IMG/VR virus record: IMGVR_UViG_3300025154_001556
Reading direction: 5' to 3' (one strand)
Source of the DNA: a virus
Taxonomy: Duplodnaviria; Caudoviricetes
Length of the DNA: 64,000 nt
Shown: piece after piece, positions 55,230-64,000 of the stretch
How the letters are laid out: each line of letters starts with the position of its first letter
How positions within the stretch are numbered: the first letter of the stretch is position 1
Made by a program: the position numbers and the translations under genes
The notes under the pieces: generated by a model
Told to the model about the DNA's origin: nothing
Databases searched by the model: none
The model's input: the letters and a program-made list of their open reading frames with translations, nothing else

Positions 55230-55535
55230 TTATTTGTTGTGTGTTTTTTTATGACAATTACCACACAATGTAGTCAAATTAGCCATAGGTTCATTCCAAG
55301 GATACCTTTTAGTGTACTGTAAATGATGTACATGCAGTTCTGTTTCAGGGTCCTTACATCTTGTACAACGCCAGTTATCTCTTTGAAAAACCTTTAAACG
55401 TTTCTTCTGCCACTTAGGATGTTTAAGGGCTTTATGATACTCTTCTTTTGAAAGCCTGTCAACATTTTTTAGTTGTTTAATAACTTTTCCAGGTTTAACT
55501 ATTTTTTTAGCCTTTTTATGCGGTTTCTTTACCAT
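55230..55535 (-). CDS. HNH endonuclease
   Basis: W...R..V..RDNW.CTRC...LHVHH...NL.TLC..CH...H. Confidence 0.88.
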   Translation of the reverse strand: MVKKPHKKAKKIVKPGKVIKQLKNVDRLSKEEYHKALKHPKWQKKRLKVFQRDNWRCTRCKDPETELHVHHLQYTKRYPWNEPMANLTTLCGNCHKKTHNK

Positions 55536-55553
55536 ATTAATTACACCATTAAA

Positions 55554-56009
55554 CTAAATACCAAAAGTTATTCTAAGTTCTGTAGGCTTGGCGTAATAAA
55601 CCAAGTCATCACCAGAGCCTGACCAATAATCGTCAGGCTTTACACGACTAATACGTATTTCTATATCAAATTTTTTCTTTAGCTTTGATAAATAGTTTTG
55701 AAATCCACTACTATGTGCATAAGGTATTAAACCCCAACTGTAAGTAAGCACGTAATAATCGTTCATATCAGCTATCACTTTAGCTACTTTTGTATTAGAG
55801 GAATTAATACTAAAAAAGCTTTTTTCAAAAACCTGTATAAGCTCTTCAGAGGCTTTACGTTCTAATGCTTGTTCTGCCAAAAGTTTGTCTTGTTTTTCTT
55901 TCACAATTTTTTGTTGTTTTTTATATTCATTTTCCTGTATAAGTTTTTTAGCAACACTCTTAACAGAAGGAGTAACAGGAGATCTATCTTTTTTTATTGT
56001 TTTTACCAT
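55554..56009 (-). CDS. Hypothetical protein
   Basis: ORF track. Confidence 0.6.
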   Translation of the reverse strand: MVKTIKKDRSPVTPSVKSVAKKLIQENEYKKQQKIVKEKQDKLLAEQALERKASEELIQVFEKSFFSINSSNTKVAKVIADMNDYYVLTYSWGLIPYAHSSGFQNYLSKLKKKFDIEIRISRVKPDDYWSGSGDDLVYYAKPTELRITFGI

Positions 56010-56020
56010 GTAAGTTACTC

Positions 56021-56248
56021 CTAAAAAATATCCATACTTATAGAAGCACCATTAACGATGCCTTCATGTTTTTTATGTCCAATTTCACTTACGTATACCA
56101 TATCAATATAGATTGATTGATTAGTAAAGTATGAACTAGTGGCTGATTTAAAATCTTCAAATATTTTAGTAACCGCAACGGCTATGTCCATTTCCGCCTT
56201 TTCTTTTAGCTCTTTAAATTCTTTAACTGATAAATTTATAGCATCCAT
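56021..56248 (-). CDS. Hypothetical protein
   Basis: ORF track. Confidence 0.55.
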   Translation of the reverse strand: MDAINLSVKEFKELKEKAEMDIAVAVTKIFEDFKSATSSYFTNQSIYIDMVYVSEIGHKKHEGIVNGASISMDIF

Positions 56249-56272
56249 TTTAATCCACCTATGCTTTTGCTA

Positions 56273-56893
56273 TTAGGCATATTCTTTGACCCCTTTAAAA
56301 GATTTTCTATGGTACTCACAGGGTCCGTAGGTGATTATAGCCTCTCTATGATCTTTTGTCAAGTACCCTTTGTTCTTTCTCCACTTATACAAAGGGAAAT
56401 TTTTATCATACTCATACATGAGATGATCTCTTACTACTTTAGCCACAATACTTGCCGCGGCTATGGATAGTACCTTAGAGTCTCCTTTAATAATTGGGCA
56501 CTGTGTAGCTGCTATACTTTTAAGCTTTATAGGACCGTCTATAAAAATATAATCGTAAGGGATATCTAAATCATATAACGCCACTTTCATTGCTAATTTG
56601 GTGGCTTCCAGTATATTAACGTCATCTATTATTTTTTGATCTATAACACCTACACCTATATCGCAAGTAGTGCTTAATTCCCTGGCTAACTCTACTCGCT
56701 TAGCCTCCGTTAGTTGTTTAGAGTCGGTGACTCTACCAATGAACTGGGCCATAGTATTAGGAGGTATATAAACAGCAGCAGCCACTACTGGTCCGGCGCC
56801 ACAGCCTCTCCCAACCTCGTCTATACCAACAGGGTGGGTGAAGCTGAGACTTAACGCCTCAGCTTCGTAAGTGTAATCAGGAAATGACTTCAT
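56273..56893 (-). CDS. rnhB: Ribonuclease HII
   Basis: GIDEVGRG..AGPVVAAAV, DSKQL, IDG, IIKGD....SIAAASIVAKV.RD, NKGY, HRKSF. Confidence 0.95.
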   Translation of the reverse strand: MKSFPDYTYEAEALSLSFTHPVGIDEVGRGCGAGPVVAAAVYIPPNTMAQFIGRVTDSKQLTEAKRVELARELSTTCDIGVGVIDQKIIDDVNILEATKLAMKVALYDLDIPYDYIFIDGPIKLKSIAATQCPIIKGDSKVLSIAAASIVAKVVRDHLMYEYDKNFPLYKWRKNKGYLTKDHREAIITYGPCEYHRKSFKGVKEYA

Positions 56894-57254
56894 CTGGGTC
56901 CACCGCAGTAGATCTAATATTAGCCAGACAGTCGGGTGCCACAATAGGCTCTTCTACAAGGTAGGTGTTTTTAGTAGTTTCGCCCACAGCAGAAGAAGCC
57001 ACTTGTTGTTCATGTAGTTTGGTCAATGCCTTCAATCTTTTTCTGCGGATGGCACCATCTATTACCCAAATAGGTGCATAGGTACTAACAGGTCTTGGCT
57101 TAATAACCACCTTAGTTATATCTAACTGGTAATGTAAACAAAATCGGTGTTTATTACTTTTAACTTTATCTTTTTTAATTAGACATCTTGTGCCAGCCTC
57201 ATTAAGATTTTTACAAGTATTACATTTAATTTTTTTAGTATTACTTTTTTGCAT
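56877..57254 (-). CDS. Hypothetical Cys-containing protein
   Basis: C..C..L....C...K...C..Y. Confidence 0.55.
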   Translation of the reverse strand: MQKSNTKKIKCNTCKNLNEAGTRCLIKKDKVKSNKHRFCLHYQLDITKVVIKPRPVSTYAPIWVIDGAIRRKRLKALTKLHEQQVASSAVGETTKNTYLVEEPIVAPDCLANIRSTAVDPDEVIS

Positions 57255-57264
57255 TTAAATCTCC

Positions 57265-57417
57265 TTATAAACCTAATTCATCGTCTTCGTCGTCGTCGTC
57301 TTCTTCTTTAAGTTTTAAATAGGCACTTAATTCATCAATGTCATTAAAAAACTTATCTGTGTCCATATCTATATCTACTAGTCCTTCAATAAACTCATCC
57401 ACATCGTCGTCTGCCAT
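57265..57417 (-). CDS. Very acidic 50-aa protein (missed by ORF track)
   Basis: GGAGGA RBS; MADDDVDEFIEGLVDIDMDTDKFFNDIDELSAYLKLKEEDDDDEDDELGL. Confidence 0.65.
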   Translation of the reverse strand: MADDDVDEFIEGLVDIDMDTDKFFNDIDELSAYLKLKEEDDDDEDDELGL

Positions 57418-57441
57418 ATTTTCCTCCTTATTGTGCTATAA

Positions 57442-58029
57442 CTAAGCTGCTATTTCTTTATCTATGTATTTAAATATATCTTGTAATTTACTTATTCTTA
57501 TAACTTTACTATTAATATACCATTTATTATATGGCCTGTCAATTAAAAAATTTACTGCTTTGGTGTGCTCTAACATGGATTCTATATTTACTGCATGGTC
57601 ATCTATATAAACGTTCAAACCTAACTGTCTACCCAAAAGTCCTTTATTACTACCATGCCCTAGGGCGTGTAATGAAGTATAAGGTATAGCATGAGTATCA
57701 AACCATTTTTGCGTAGCAAGTAGGGCAGCCTCAGGACGTGCTGTTATGAAATGCACATCATGTCCAAACGCAAATAATTTTTTTATCGTTTCCGATACCC
57801 CATAGTAGGGTGGTGCATTATATAAATAAGCGGTATCATTAACCCAAGCTATAATATCTTCTGCTATACTTTTATTTGTTTCATCACACTCTGTATAGTT
57901 ATTTGAAAAAAAATTATACTCCGCAAAAGTAGAAATTGTGTTTTTAACTCCCCACTTTAAATGTATGGAATCCAGTATTGATGATAATAAATCACACACA
58001 ACTTCATCAACGTCTATGCCAATGTTCAT
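57442..58029 (-). CDS. HAD 5'-nucleotidase (NT5C-like)
   Basis: IGIDVDEVV, HFITAR, K, YIDDH. Confidence 0.85.
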   Translation of the reverse strand: MNIGIDVDEVVCDLLSSILDSIHLKWGVKNTISTFAEYNFFSNNYTECDETNKSIAEDIIAWVNDTAYLYNAPPYYGVSETIKKLFAFGHDVHFITARPEAALLATQKWFDTHAIPYTSLHALGHGSNKGLLGRQLGLNVYIDDHAVNIESMLEHTKAVNFLIDRPYNKWYINSKVIRISKLQDIFKYIDKEIAA

Positions 58030-58403
58030 ATTATGGTTTCCTTAGTAAAGTCATTAAAATGAATAGTATCTTCTTTACCTAAATAACTGCCTTTTTGTAT
58101 TTTTATAATTTCCAATGGTATTTTACCAGGATTTTCTAAGCTATGCCATTCTGTCATAGGTATATAAATACTTTGATTTTCAAAAAGTAACGTATTATTA
58201 TCACCACAAGTTACTGAGGCGGTGCCGCTAAGTACAACCCAATACTCTAAGCTATGGTAATGCATTTGTAAGGGTAGTTTTTTACCTACATCTATGGAAA
58301 GCAGCTCAACTTTAAAAGTATTCTGTTCTTTTAATAGAGTGGAAGTACCCCAGAATTGTTTTAGGCTGTCAGCACAATCTATGTTATTAATGGCCATACT
58401 CAT
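58026..58403 (-). CDS. Stand-alone cupin resembling the mannose-6-phosphate isomerase (type II) C-terminal domain
   Basis: LQMHYH..E.WVV..GTA.VT...ENQS.YIP...H.LENPGKIPLE.I..Q.GSYLG. Confidence 0.85.
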   Translation of the reverse strand: MSMAINNIDCADSLKQFWGTSTLLKEQNTFKVELLSIDVGKKLPLQMHYHSLEYWVVLSGTASVTCGDNNTLLFENQSIYIPMTEWHSLENPGKIPLEIIKIQKGSYLGKEDTIHFNDFTKETII

Positions 58404-58612
58404 TTTGTATACTTCAAATAAAAGTTCATTGCTTCTATGGCTATTACCAATTCGTATTCCGTTAAAGATAAAGTACCTGGGTTATTCACGTCACTTATAG
58501 AAGCAAGGGATAACTTCATTTTATTTCCTATTAAACTAGCAGTGCTTAAACGTTTTACATGAAACTCTTCGCAGTATTGTTTATAGCCCTCGACCGTTGT
58601 TGTATCTACCAT
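58400..58612 (-). CDS. Hypothetical protein
   Basis: ORF track. Confidence 0.5.
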   Translation of the reverse strand: MVDTTTVEGYKQYCEEFHVKRLSTASLIGNKMKLSLASISDVNNPGTLSLTEYELVIAIEAMNFYLKYTK

Positions 58613-58670
58613 ACTTATATTCCTTAGTAAATGTTAGTTAAACAGTATTAAACAGGGTATTATGCTTTAT

Positions 58671-58699
58671 ATAATATCACATAATACCCTGCTTGTCAA
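58671..58699 (-). promoter_or_regulatory. Sigma70-type promoter overlapping a 12-bp inverted repeat after nrdJ
   Basis: TTGACA-17 bp-TATTAT; cagggtattatg...cataataccctg. Confidence 0.65.
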
Positions 58700-58719
58700 C
58701 AATTAATTATATTGTATAA

Positions 58720-61236
58720 TTAGTCACAACGAGAATAGGCGCAATTAGTACATTTAATACAACTTTCTGATCTAATTAAAGCTACTTCTCCGCATTCTGG
58801 ACATACATTAGAACTCTTTTCATATTTATATTGTTTTATATATGAACCCAGTACTCTTGCCACTACTGCGCTAAAATCAGTTATTTCGCCATTGGCTTTA
58901 CGTAACTGTTGTTGAATAAATTCTAACGGGGTACCGTGTCTTAATGCCAAACTAAGAAGACGTGTCAAAGCTCTTTGATTCGACGTCATTAAAACATGAG
59001 CTAAGTCTTTATACTCCACTTCTGCTTGCCTAATAGTTATTTCTAAGGAGTACTTACCACCCCCCTTCTTAACTATTTTACCAGCTTTACATGTTTTAGG
59101 TACATATAGCCCTTCTTCTACCTCGCCGGCAAAAATTTCATAAGGGTCACCATCCATGAGACCTATAATAACAAGCCATGGAATACCTTTAACAGAACAG
59201 TGATGTATACTGCATTCCAAAGAGTCTGGCCTTTTGGGGGCACAAACAGGCATTATACGAGTGGGCCTGTTTTCTGGGGAGCACAGTGATTGAGTTGGCT
59301 TACTATCAAATTTATTCTTATTTGTTATTGGATCTTCAAAAAGAAGAATACCTTCCCTTGAACCATCAACATAAACAGAAACAGCCCTAACTCCGTTATC
59401 ATAAGCAGACATATAAATGTTTTCTACATCTGCCACAGTAGCAGAACTTGGTAAATTATATGTACAACTAATAGAAGCGTCAAGCCACTTATACACCGCG
59501 GACATAAGTTTTATTTTACGTTGTGGATCTATCTCATGTGCTGGTTTAAAGAAGCCCTCTGGCACGTATTTTTTAATTATATCTATAATTGCCAACCCGT
59601 ATTTGCCATCTTCATCCAATGTGGCGCCGCCAAAAGAAACAAACCTTTCGTAATCATTAGATTCTGGGTCCATTTTGGACATGACGTACTCTCTCAATCT
59701 ATCTGGCATCATAAAGTAGTGTGTATAATTTCCTTTATCAATAGCCCTGGTACGTCGCCAATAATACAATCCCATTACAGGTTCAATACCAGAAGATATA
59801 CAAGGTGATGGAAATGTGCTGGAAAGTGAACCAGCGGGGGCTATACTCATATGAGCCATATTGCGCATATGTCTTACCTTAGTGGCGTCCCCATCAAAAA
59901 ACTCATTAACCATATTATTAAAATACGTTGTATTCATATAAAGATTTTTATCCTCAATGAGCCTAAACGCAGCAGCATCTCCTTTCTCTTCACCTAATTC
60001 CATAGAAGCTTTAAAAACTTGGTGCGCGTAACACTTCATAAACTTTTCTACTGCTACTATTGCCTCTTCTGAGTCGTACGCTAAATTTTGTTTTAATAGC
60101 CAGCCATGTAAATTTGTTATACCCATACCAATTTCACGTAGTTGCTCTACAATCCAGCGTTGTTGTGGTACTGGACTTAAATTATTACATAGCTCATAGT
60201 CAATAACATTATCTGCCATACGTACCATTAAAGGCACTATTACTTCCAATTCTTTTGTATAACCCTCTTCGATGATGGAAAAATTCTCCATGTTACAAGA
60301 AGAAAGGTTACAAACAGAATAAGGGGCCATAAATTTTTCCGAACATGCGTTCGAAGAATGAGGTAAAAATCTTTCATCTCCTATGTGATCATAAATGGCT
60401 TTATACATAATACTATTTTGTAAAAGATTTCTATACTGTATACCAGGTTCGGCTGTTTTCCAAGCGCGTGTTGCTATGTCACTAAATAATTTTTTAGCAT
60501 TGACTGTTTTAGTTACTACTTCACCGGTACCTTTTACTTCAAAACGTAATTCCCATTCTTTATCTGCTTTAACAGCAGCCATGAAATCATTAGTAATCTG
60601 TACAGATATATTAGCATTATTTATTTTTTTAAGATCATCTTTACAAGAAATAAATTCTTCGATGTCTGGATGGCTAACAATTAGTGACTCCAAAAGAGCT
60701 GGTTTACGTCCCTGTTGTCCCACATAATCACCGACCCTGTTTATTTTATCCATCCACGATACCACGCCAGTTGATTCACAGGCAGCATTATTAAGTTTGC
60801 TACCACGAGGTCGTAGGTTAGAAAAGTCGATGCCTATACCTTGTCTGTAAGCGGCACATTTCATAACATCATATTCGCATTGAGCTATTGATTCTAGGGT
60901 ATCTTCATACAAAGGAATTGTAGTACAATTACACATTGAACTCTTTCTATTAGAACCAATGCTAGACATAACACTACCACCAGGACGAAACCACCCTTCC
61001 CACATCAAGGAGAACCAAACATCTTTATAATAGGAGGCTTTAACTAAATTCTTTTCCATATTTGCCAAACTATTAGCAATACGAAAAAAAACCTCAGCGG
61101 GCGTTTCTTTTGTGCCATCCTCTTTATACATTGCATACTTAGCATTAAAAATGTCAACAGAATAAGAGTTATTGGCAAAGTATTCTTCAACAGAAATATT
61201 TTTTACTTCATCGAATTGCACAGTTGGTTTGTACAT
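58720..61236 (-). CDS. nrdJ: Class II (B12-dependent) ribonucleotide reductase with C-terminal Zn ribbon
   Basis: FRPGG, SMCNC, SNACSE, CNL, IGMG...L, SIAP.GS, SIS.T.N, Y.DGSR, CPECG...C..C. Confidence 0.92.
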   Translation of the reverse strand: MYKPTVQFDEVKNISVEEYFANNSYSVDIFNAKYAMYKEDGTKETPAEVFFRIANSLANMEKNLVKASYYKDVWFSLMWEGWFRPGGSVMSSIGSNRKSSMCNCTTIPLYEDTLESIAQCEYDVMKCAAYRQGIGIDFSNLRPRGSKLNNAACESTGVVSWMDKINRVGDYVGQQGRKPALLESLIVSHPDIEEFISCKDDLKKINNANISVQITNDFMAAVKADKEWELRFEVKGTGEVVTKTVNAKKLFSDIATRAWKTAEPGIQYRNLLQNSIMYKAIYDHIGDERFLPHSSNACSEKFMAPYSVCNLSSCNMENFSIIEEGYTKELEVIVPLMVRMADNVIDYELCNNLSPVPQQRWIVEQLREIGMGITNLHGWLLKQNLAYDSEEAIVAVEKFMKCYAHQVFKASMELGEEKGDAAAFRLIEDKNLYMNTTYFNNMVNEFFDGDATKVRHMRNMAHMSIAPAGSLSSTFPSPCISSGIEPVMGLYYWRRTRAIDKGNYTHYFMMPDRLREYVMSKMDPESNDYERFVSFGGATLDEDGKYGLAIIDIIKKYVPEGFFKPAHEIDPQRKIKLMSAVYKWLDASISCTYNLPSSATVADVENIYMSAYDNGVRAVSVYVDGSREGILLFEDPITNKNKFDSKPTQSLCSPENRPTRIMPVCAPKRPDSLECSIHHCSVKGIPWLVIIGLMDGDPYEIFAGEVEEGLYVPKTCKAGKIVKKGGGKYSLEITIRQAEVEYKDLAHVLMTSNQRALTRLLSLALRHGTPLEFIQQQLRKANGEITDFSAVVARVLGSYIKQYKYEKSSNVCPECGEVALIRSESCIKCTNCAYSRCD

Positions 61237-61241
61237 AAGTA

Positions 61242-61730
61242 TTATTGCTCCTCAAAAAGAGTAGTATCAAAAACGTTTGTGCCAGTAGACCCAAAACCAC
61301 CTCTTTCACCATCTTCTAGCGCATCTACAATCTCAAATACCAATTTAGGTTGAATCTTGCTTAGCCTAAATTGACAAATTCTATCATTCATTTTTATGGT
61401 AGTATCTCTTATAGCGTAAGCCATAAAACGCCAAATATCTTTATCACCTGAATAGGTATTATCAACAATACCGTAGTGGTTTGCTTGCAGTATGCCAAAT
61501 TTAGCGGCGGTGGAACTTCTAGGCACTATATTAGCTTCGTAGCCCGCAGGAAGTTTCATACTAACACCAAGGGAGATTAGTTTTAAATCCCCTTGTTCAA
61601 GTGTTATATCTTCGGCCGCACGTAAGTCAATCCAATCCCCTATATCAATTTTAGTTATGGGTATTAAATCTTTTACATGGTATTTAACTTTAATCACTAA
61701 TTCTTTATCATTACATTTACAAGCTGCCAT
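61242..61730 (-). CDS. dut: dUTPase (trimeric)
   Basis: DL, PRSS, GIVDNTYSG, RICQ, RGGFGSTG. Confidence 0.92.
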   Translation of the reverse strand: MAACKCNDKELVIKVKYHVKDLIPITKIDIGDWIDLRAAEDITLEQGDLKLISLGVSMKLPAGYEANIVPRSSTAAKFGILQANHYGIVDNTYSGDKDIWRFMAYAIRDTTIKMNDRICQFRLSKIQPKLVFEIVDALEDGERGGFGSTGTNVFDTTLFEEQ

Positions 61731-61938
61731 TATATACCTCCGTGTTATTAATTAATTCATCTTCTAAAACATCGTGACCGATGCCAGTAGATAAGTCTAT
61801 TACCTTATATATTGTTGTATTATTTAAATACTTACCAGTAACAATAAAAACCGGTAATATATTATTTCCTTTAACTATTGGTTTATTACAACAAAGTGTG
61901 TTTATATCAGATAATGTTATACGTTTTTTATTAAACAT
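61717..61938 (-). CDS. Hypothetical protein, in frame with the polA TAG
   Basis: ORF track; junction reads GAA CAG TAG TGT ATG. Confidence 0.55.
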   Translation of the reverse strand: MFNKKRITLSDINTLCCNKPIVKGNNILPVFIVTGKYLNNTTIYKVIDLSTGIGHDVLEDELINNTEVYNGSL

Positions 61939-61941
61939 ACA

Positions 61942-63858
61942 CTACTGTTCCTTATCACAATTAGAACAAACCAAACGTTGTCCGTATTTACCACCATCAG
62001 CAAATTTAAATTCTTGGCCACCACAGCCGCCTTTGTCTTTATCACATGTACCCTTCATCCAGCAAGCAGATATAAGAGCATCCGTTTCCATTGGAATAAT
62101 TTTAAAGTACATATTAAAACCATCCTTTATTGCTTGTTCAACTATCTTTGCTACTTCATATCTGTGTTCATAGTCGCATTCAACAATTAATTCATCATGC
62201 ACAGTTAAAAGCAACTTAACATAATAGGGCAATACTTCTAAGCGCTCTACAAGAAAAATCATGGCCTGTTTAATGGTATCAGCATTCGAACCTTGAATGG
62301 GTGCGTTTTTAGCCTGCCTTTTAACGCCATTAATTATGAACTTTCTATCTGGTGAATCATATTTAGGTATGTCATAGAAGCGTCTACGTCCTATAATAGT
62401 TTCACTGTATCCTTTTCTTACAGCTTCATTGGATAAATCCTCTAACCACTGCTTAATTTTAGGAAACATCGTAAAGTAATTAAGCATCAACCGCTCTGCC
62501 TTCTTTTCTGATATCTTTAATCTACGAGCCAAACCAAACTTAGAAAGACCATATGCTAAACCGAAAGTTATTGCTTTTGAAGCTTTACGTTGTTCCTTAG
62601 ACACCTTATCATATTCTACATTAAAAACACCGGCAGCTGATTTGGTGTGTAAATCGATTCCTTCCAAATAACAAGAAACAAATACAGGGTCTTGGGACAT
62701 ATTGCCTATAATACGTAACTCAGCTCCTGACATATCTGCCGTTATTAAAGCACATCCTTCTTTTGCTATAAAACAGCTTCTATATATTTGTTTACCTGGT
62801 ATATTTTGTAAATTAGGATGGGAACTACTTAATCTACCAGTCTGTATTAATTGTTTAAAATCTGTATGTAATCTTCCTGTGGCTGGATGTATTTTATCCA
62901 ATAAGGGTTGTCCGTAAGTTGAAATAAGCTTTTCAGCTTTTCTATAAGCCAGAATATTATCAATTACAGGAACGCCCGCATATTTTTCAAGTTCATCGAC
63001 AGCAGTACCTTCAACCTCTACCCCATATTTTTTAAGTGCCTCTTTAAGTTGCTTAGGACTATCTATATTTATCAGGGATACTCCAAATAAAGTTGATTGG
63101 TTTTCGGTAGCATCAAGTATTTTTGTAATTTGTACATGGAGCTCTTCTTTCTTTTTAGCCACTTCCTGCATAATTGAAAGCCAGCGCTCGGTATTAATTG
63201 TTATGCCATTTAACTCCATTTCAGCCATCGGCTTTACGAAATCGAATTCTAATTGACACACTCGCTCTAATTTATGTTTAGCCACTGATAATAGTTGTGC
63301 ATCACGTATTACGCCTAAGGTACAAACGTCTAATGCCGCGTATTCAAGTTGATACTTTTGAAATTCTTGTTCGTAGTCTGAAAAAGTACCTCGTGGCTCT
63401 TTGTCCATTGACAAGCCTAGATATTTTTGTACCAACACAGATAAAGAAGATCTAACATAGGGTCTGCCTAAATTTAGCAACTGTTCAGTCAGCATTGTAT
63501 CATATATATTGTTTATATAGAAACTATAATGATGTTTAATCATTTTAACATCATATAAAGCATTTTGAAGTACTTTTAATTTGGTTTTATCTTCTAAAAG
63601 ATCTTTAAACAACAAAACATCAAATTCACTTTTACCTATGTCTTTTCTAACATCAAAAACAAAAGGCTGTCCCTGCACACCTAATTGTAACAAAACTAAT
63701 TTTCCATCAAAAGGTGACAGGGAAGTGCCTTCCGTATCCACCTCTATCATATCAAATTGGTTTATATAGTCTAAGGCTGCCTTAGCGTCGGCAAGTTTAT
63801 TAATATATGTATATTTAGGGGCAGGTAATTTAGCAATATTCTTATCAAAAACACCCAT
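61942..63858 (-). CDS. polA: Family A DNA polymerase with 3'-5' exonuclease (no 5' nuclease domain)
   Basis: EVDTE, QNALYD, YAALD; TGRLSS..PNLQNIP, ADMSGAELR, K...FGLAYG, NAPIQG..AD, VHDE. Confidence 0.95.
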   Translation of the reverse strand: MGVFDKNIAKLPAPKYTYINKLADAKAALDYINQFDMIEVDTEGTSLSPFDGKLVLLQLGVQGQPFVFDVRKDIGKSEFDVLLFKDLLEDKTKLKVLQNALYDVKMIKHHYSFYINNIYDTMLTEQLLNLGRPYVRSSLSVLVQKYLGLSMDKEPRGTFSDYEQEFQKYQLEYAALDVCTLGVIRDAQLLSVAKHKLERVCQLEFDFVKPMAEMELNGITINTERWLSIMQEVAKKKEELHVQITKILDATENQSTLFGVSLINIDSPKQLKEALKKYGVEVEGTAVDELEKYAGVPVIDNILAYRKAEKLISTYGQPLLDKIHPATGRLHTDFKQLIQTGRLSSSHPNLQNIPGKQIYRSCFIAKEGCALITADMSGAELRIIGNMSQDPVFVSCYLEGIDLHTKSAAGVFNVEYDKVSKEQRKASKAITFGLAYGLSKFGLARRLKISEKKAERLMLNYFTMFPKIKQWLEDLSNEAVRKGYSETIIGRRRFYDIPKYDSPDRKFIINGVKRQAKNAPIQGSNADTIKQAMIFLVERLEVLPYYVKLLLTVHDELIVECDYEHRYEVAKIVEQAIKDGFNMYFKIIPMETDALISACWMKGTCDKDKGGCGGQEFKFADGGKYGQRLVCSNCDKEQ

Positions 63859-64000
63859 AATTTATCCTTTAAACTCTTTTATTAAATTAACTATTTTAAA
63901 CATTTTGTGATAAAATATTTGTTCCCCAGGTTTGCCTGTTGTATATATAGGATCTATAATTACATCTAATATTGTAGAAAATTTACGTGCTTCGGCAAAC

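Noticed and set aside
58720-63858. Introns or inteins in nrdJ and polA
   Set aside because: Both read continuously with all expected motifs and normal length.

Overview
This AT-rich, gene-dense window looks like part of a large lytic (jumbo-type) phage genome read in standard code 11. Genes are mostly on + up to about 8.8 kb and almost all on - afterwards. It holds: a pncB-nadD-nadE NAD operon; a tail/adhesin module (three RCC1 propellers, DUF4376, S74 chaperone, two structural proteins, a facing methyltransferase and TPR-glycosyltransferase); methionine aminopeptidase; a stand-alone PgpH-type HD domain; three DNA methyltransferases; a 1205-aa hybrid sensor kinase; a five-heme cytochrome c; ClpB-like and Rad52-like proteins; seven tRNAs with tRNA/translation upkeep enzymes; and nrdJ, dut, dCMP deaminase, UDG, RNase HII and polA. 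Mobile elements are two inteins, a free-standing GIY-YIG nuclease and a group I intron that splits a gene the ORF track misses. The heme, kinase and FN3 genes suggest an anaerobic Desulfobacterota-like host (inference). The top candidate new system is at 33.0-34.6 kb. A strong-RBS mini-ORF reads MIWT-UAG-ARAPP-UGA and is followed at once by a 13-bp stem that hides the Shine-Dalgarno of the next gene. The downstream genes include a Pth2-like peptidyl-tRNA hydrolase and end with a CUA-anticodon (amber suppressor) tRNA. This suggests a translational attenuator that senses amber readthrough. All assignments come from reading motifs by eye; no searches or folding programs were run.
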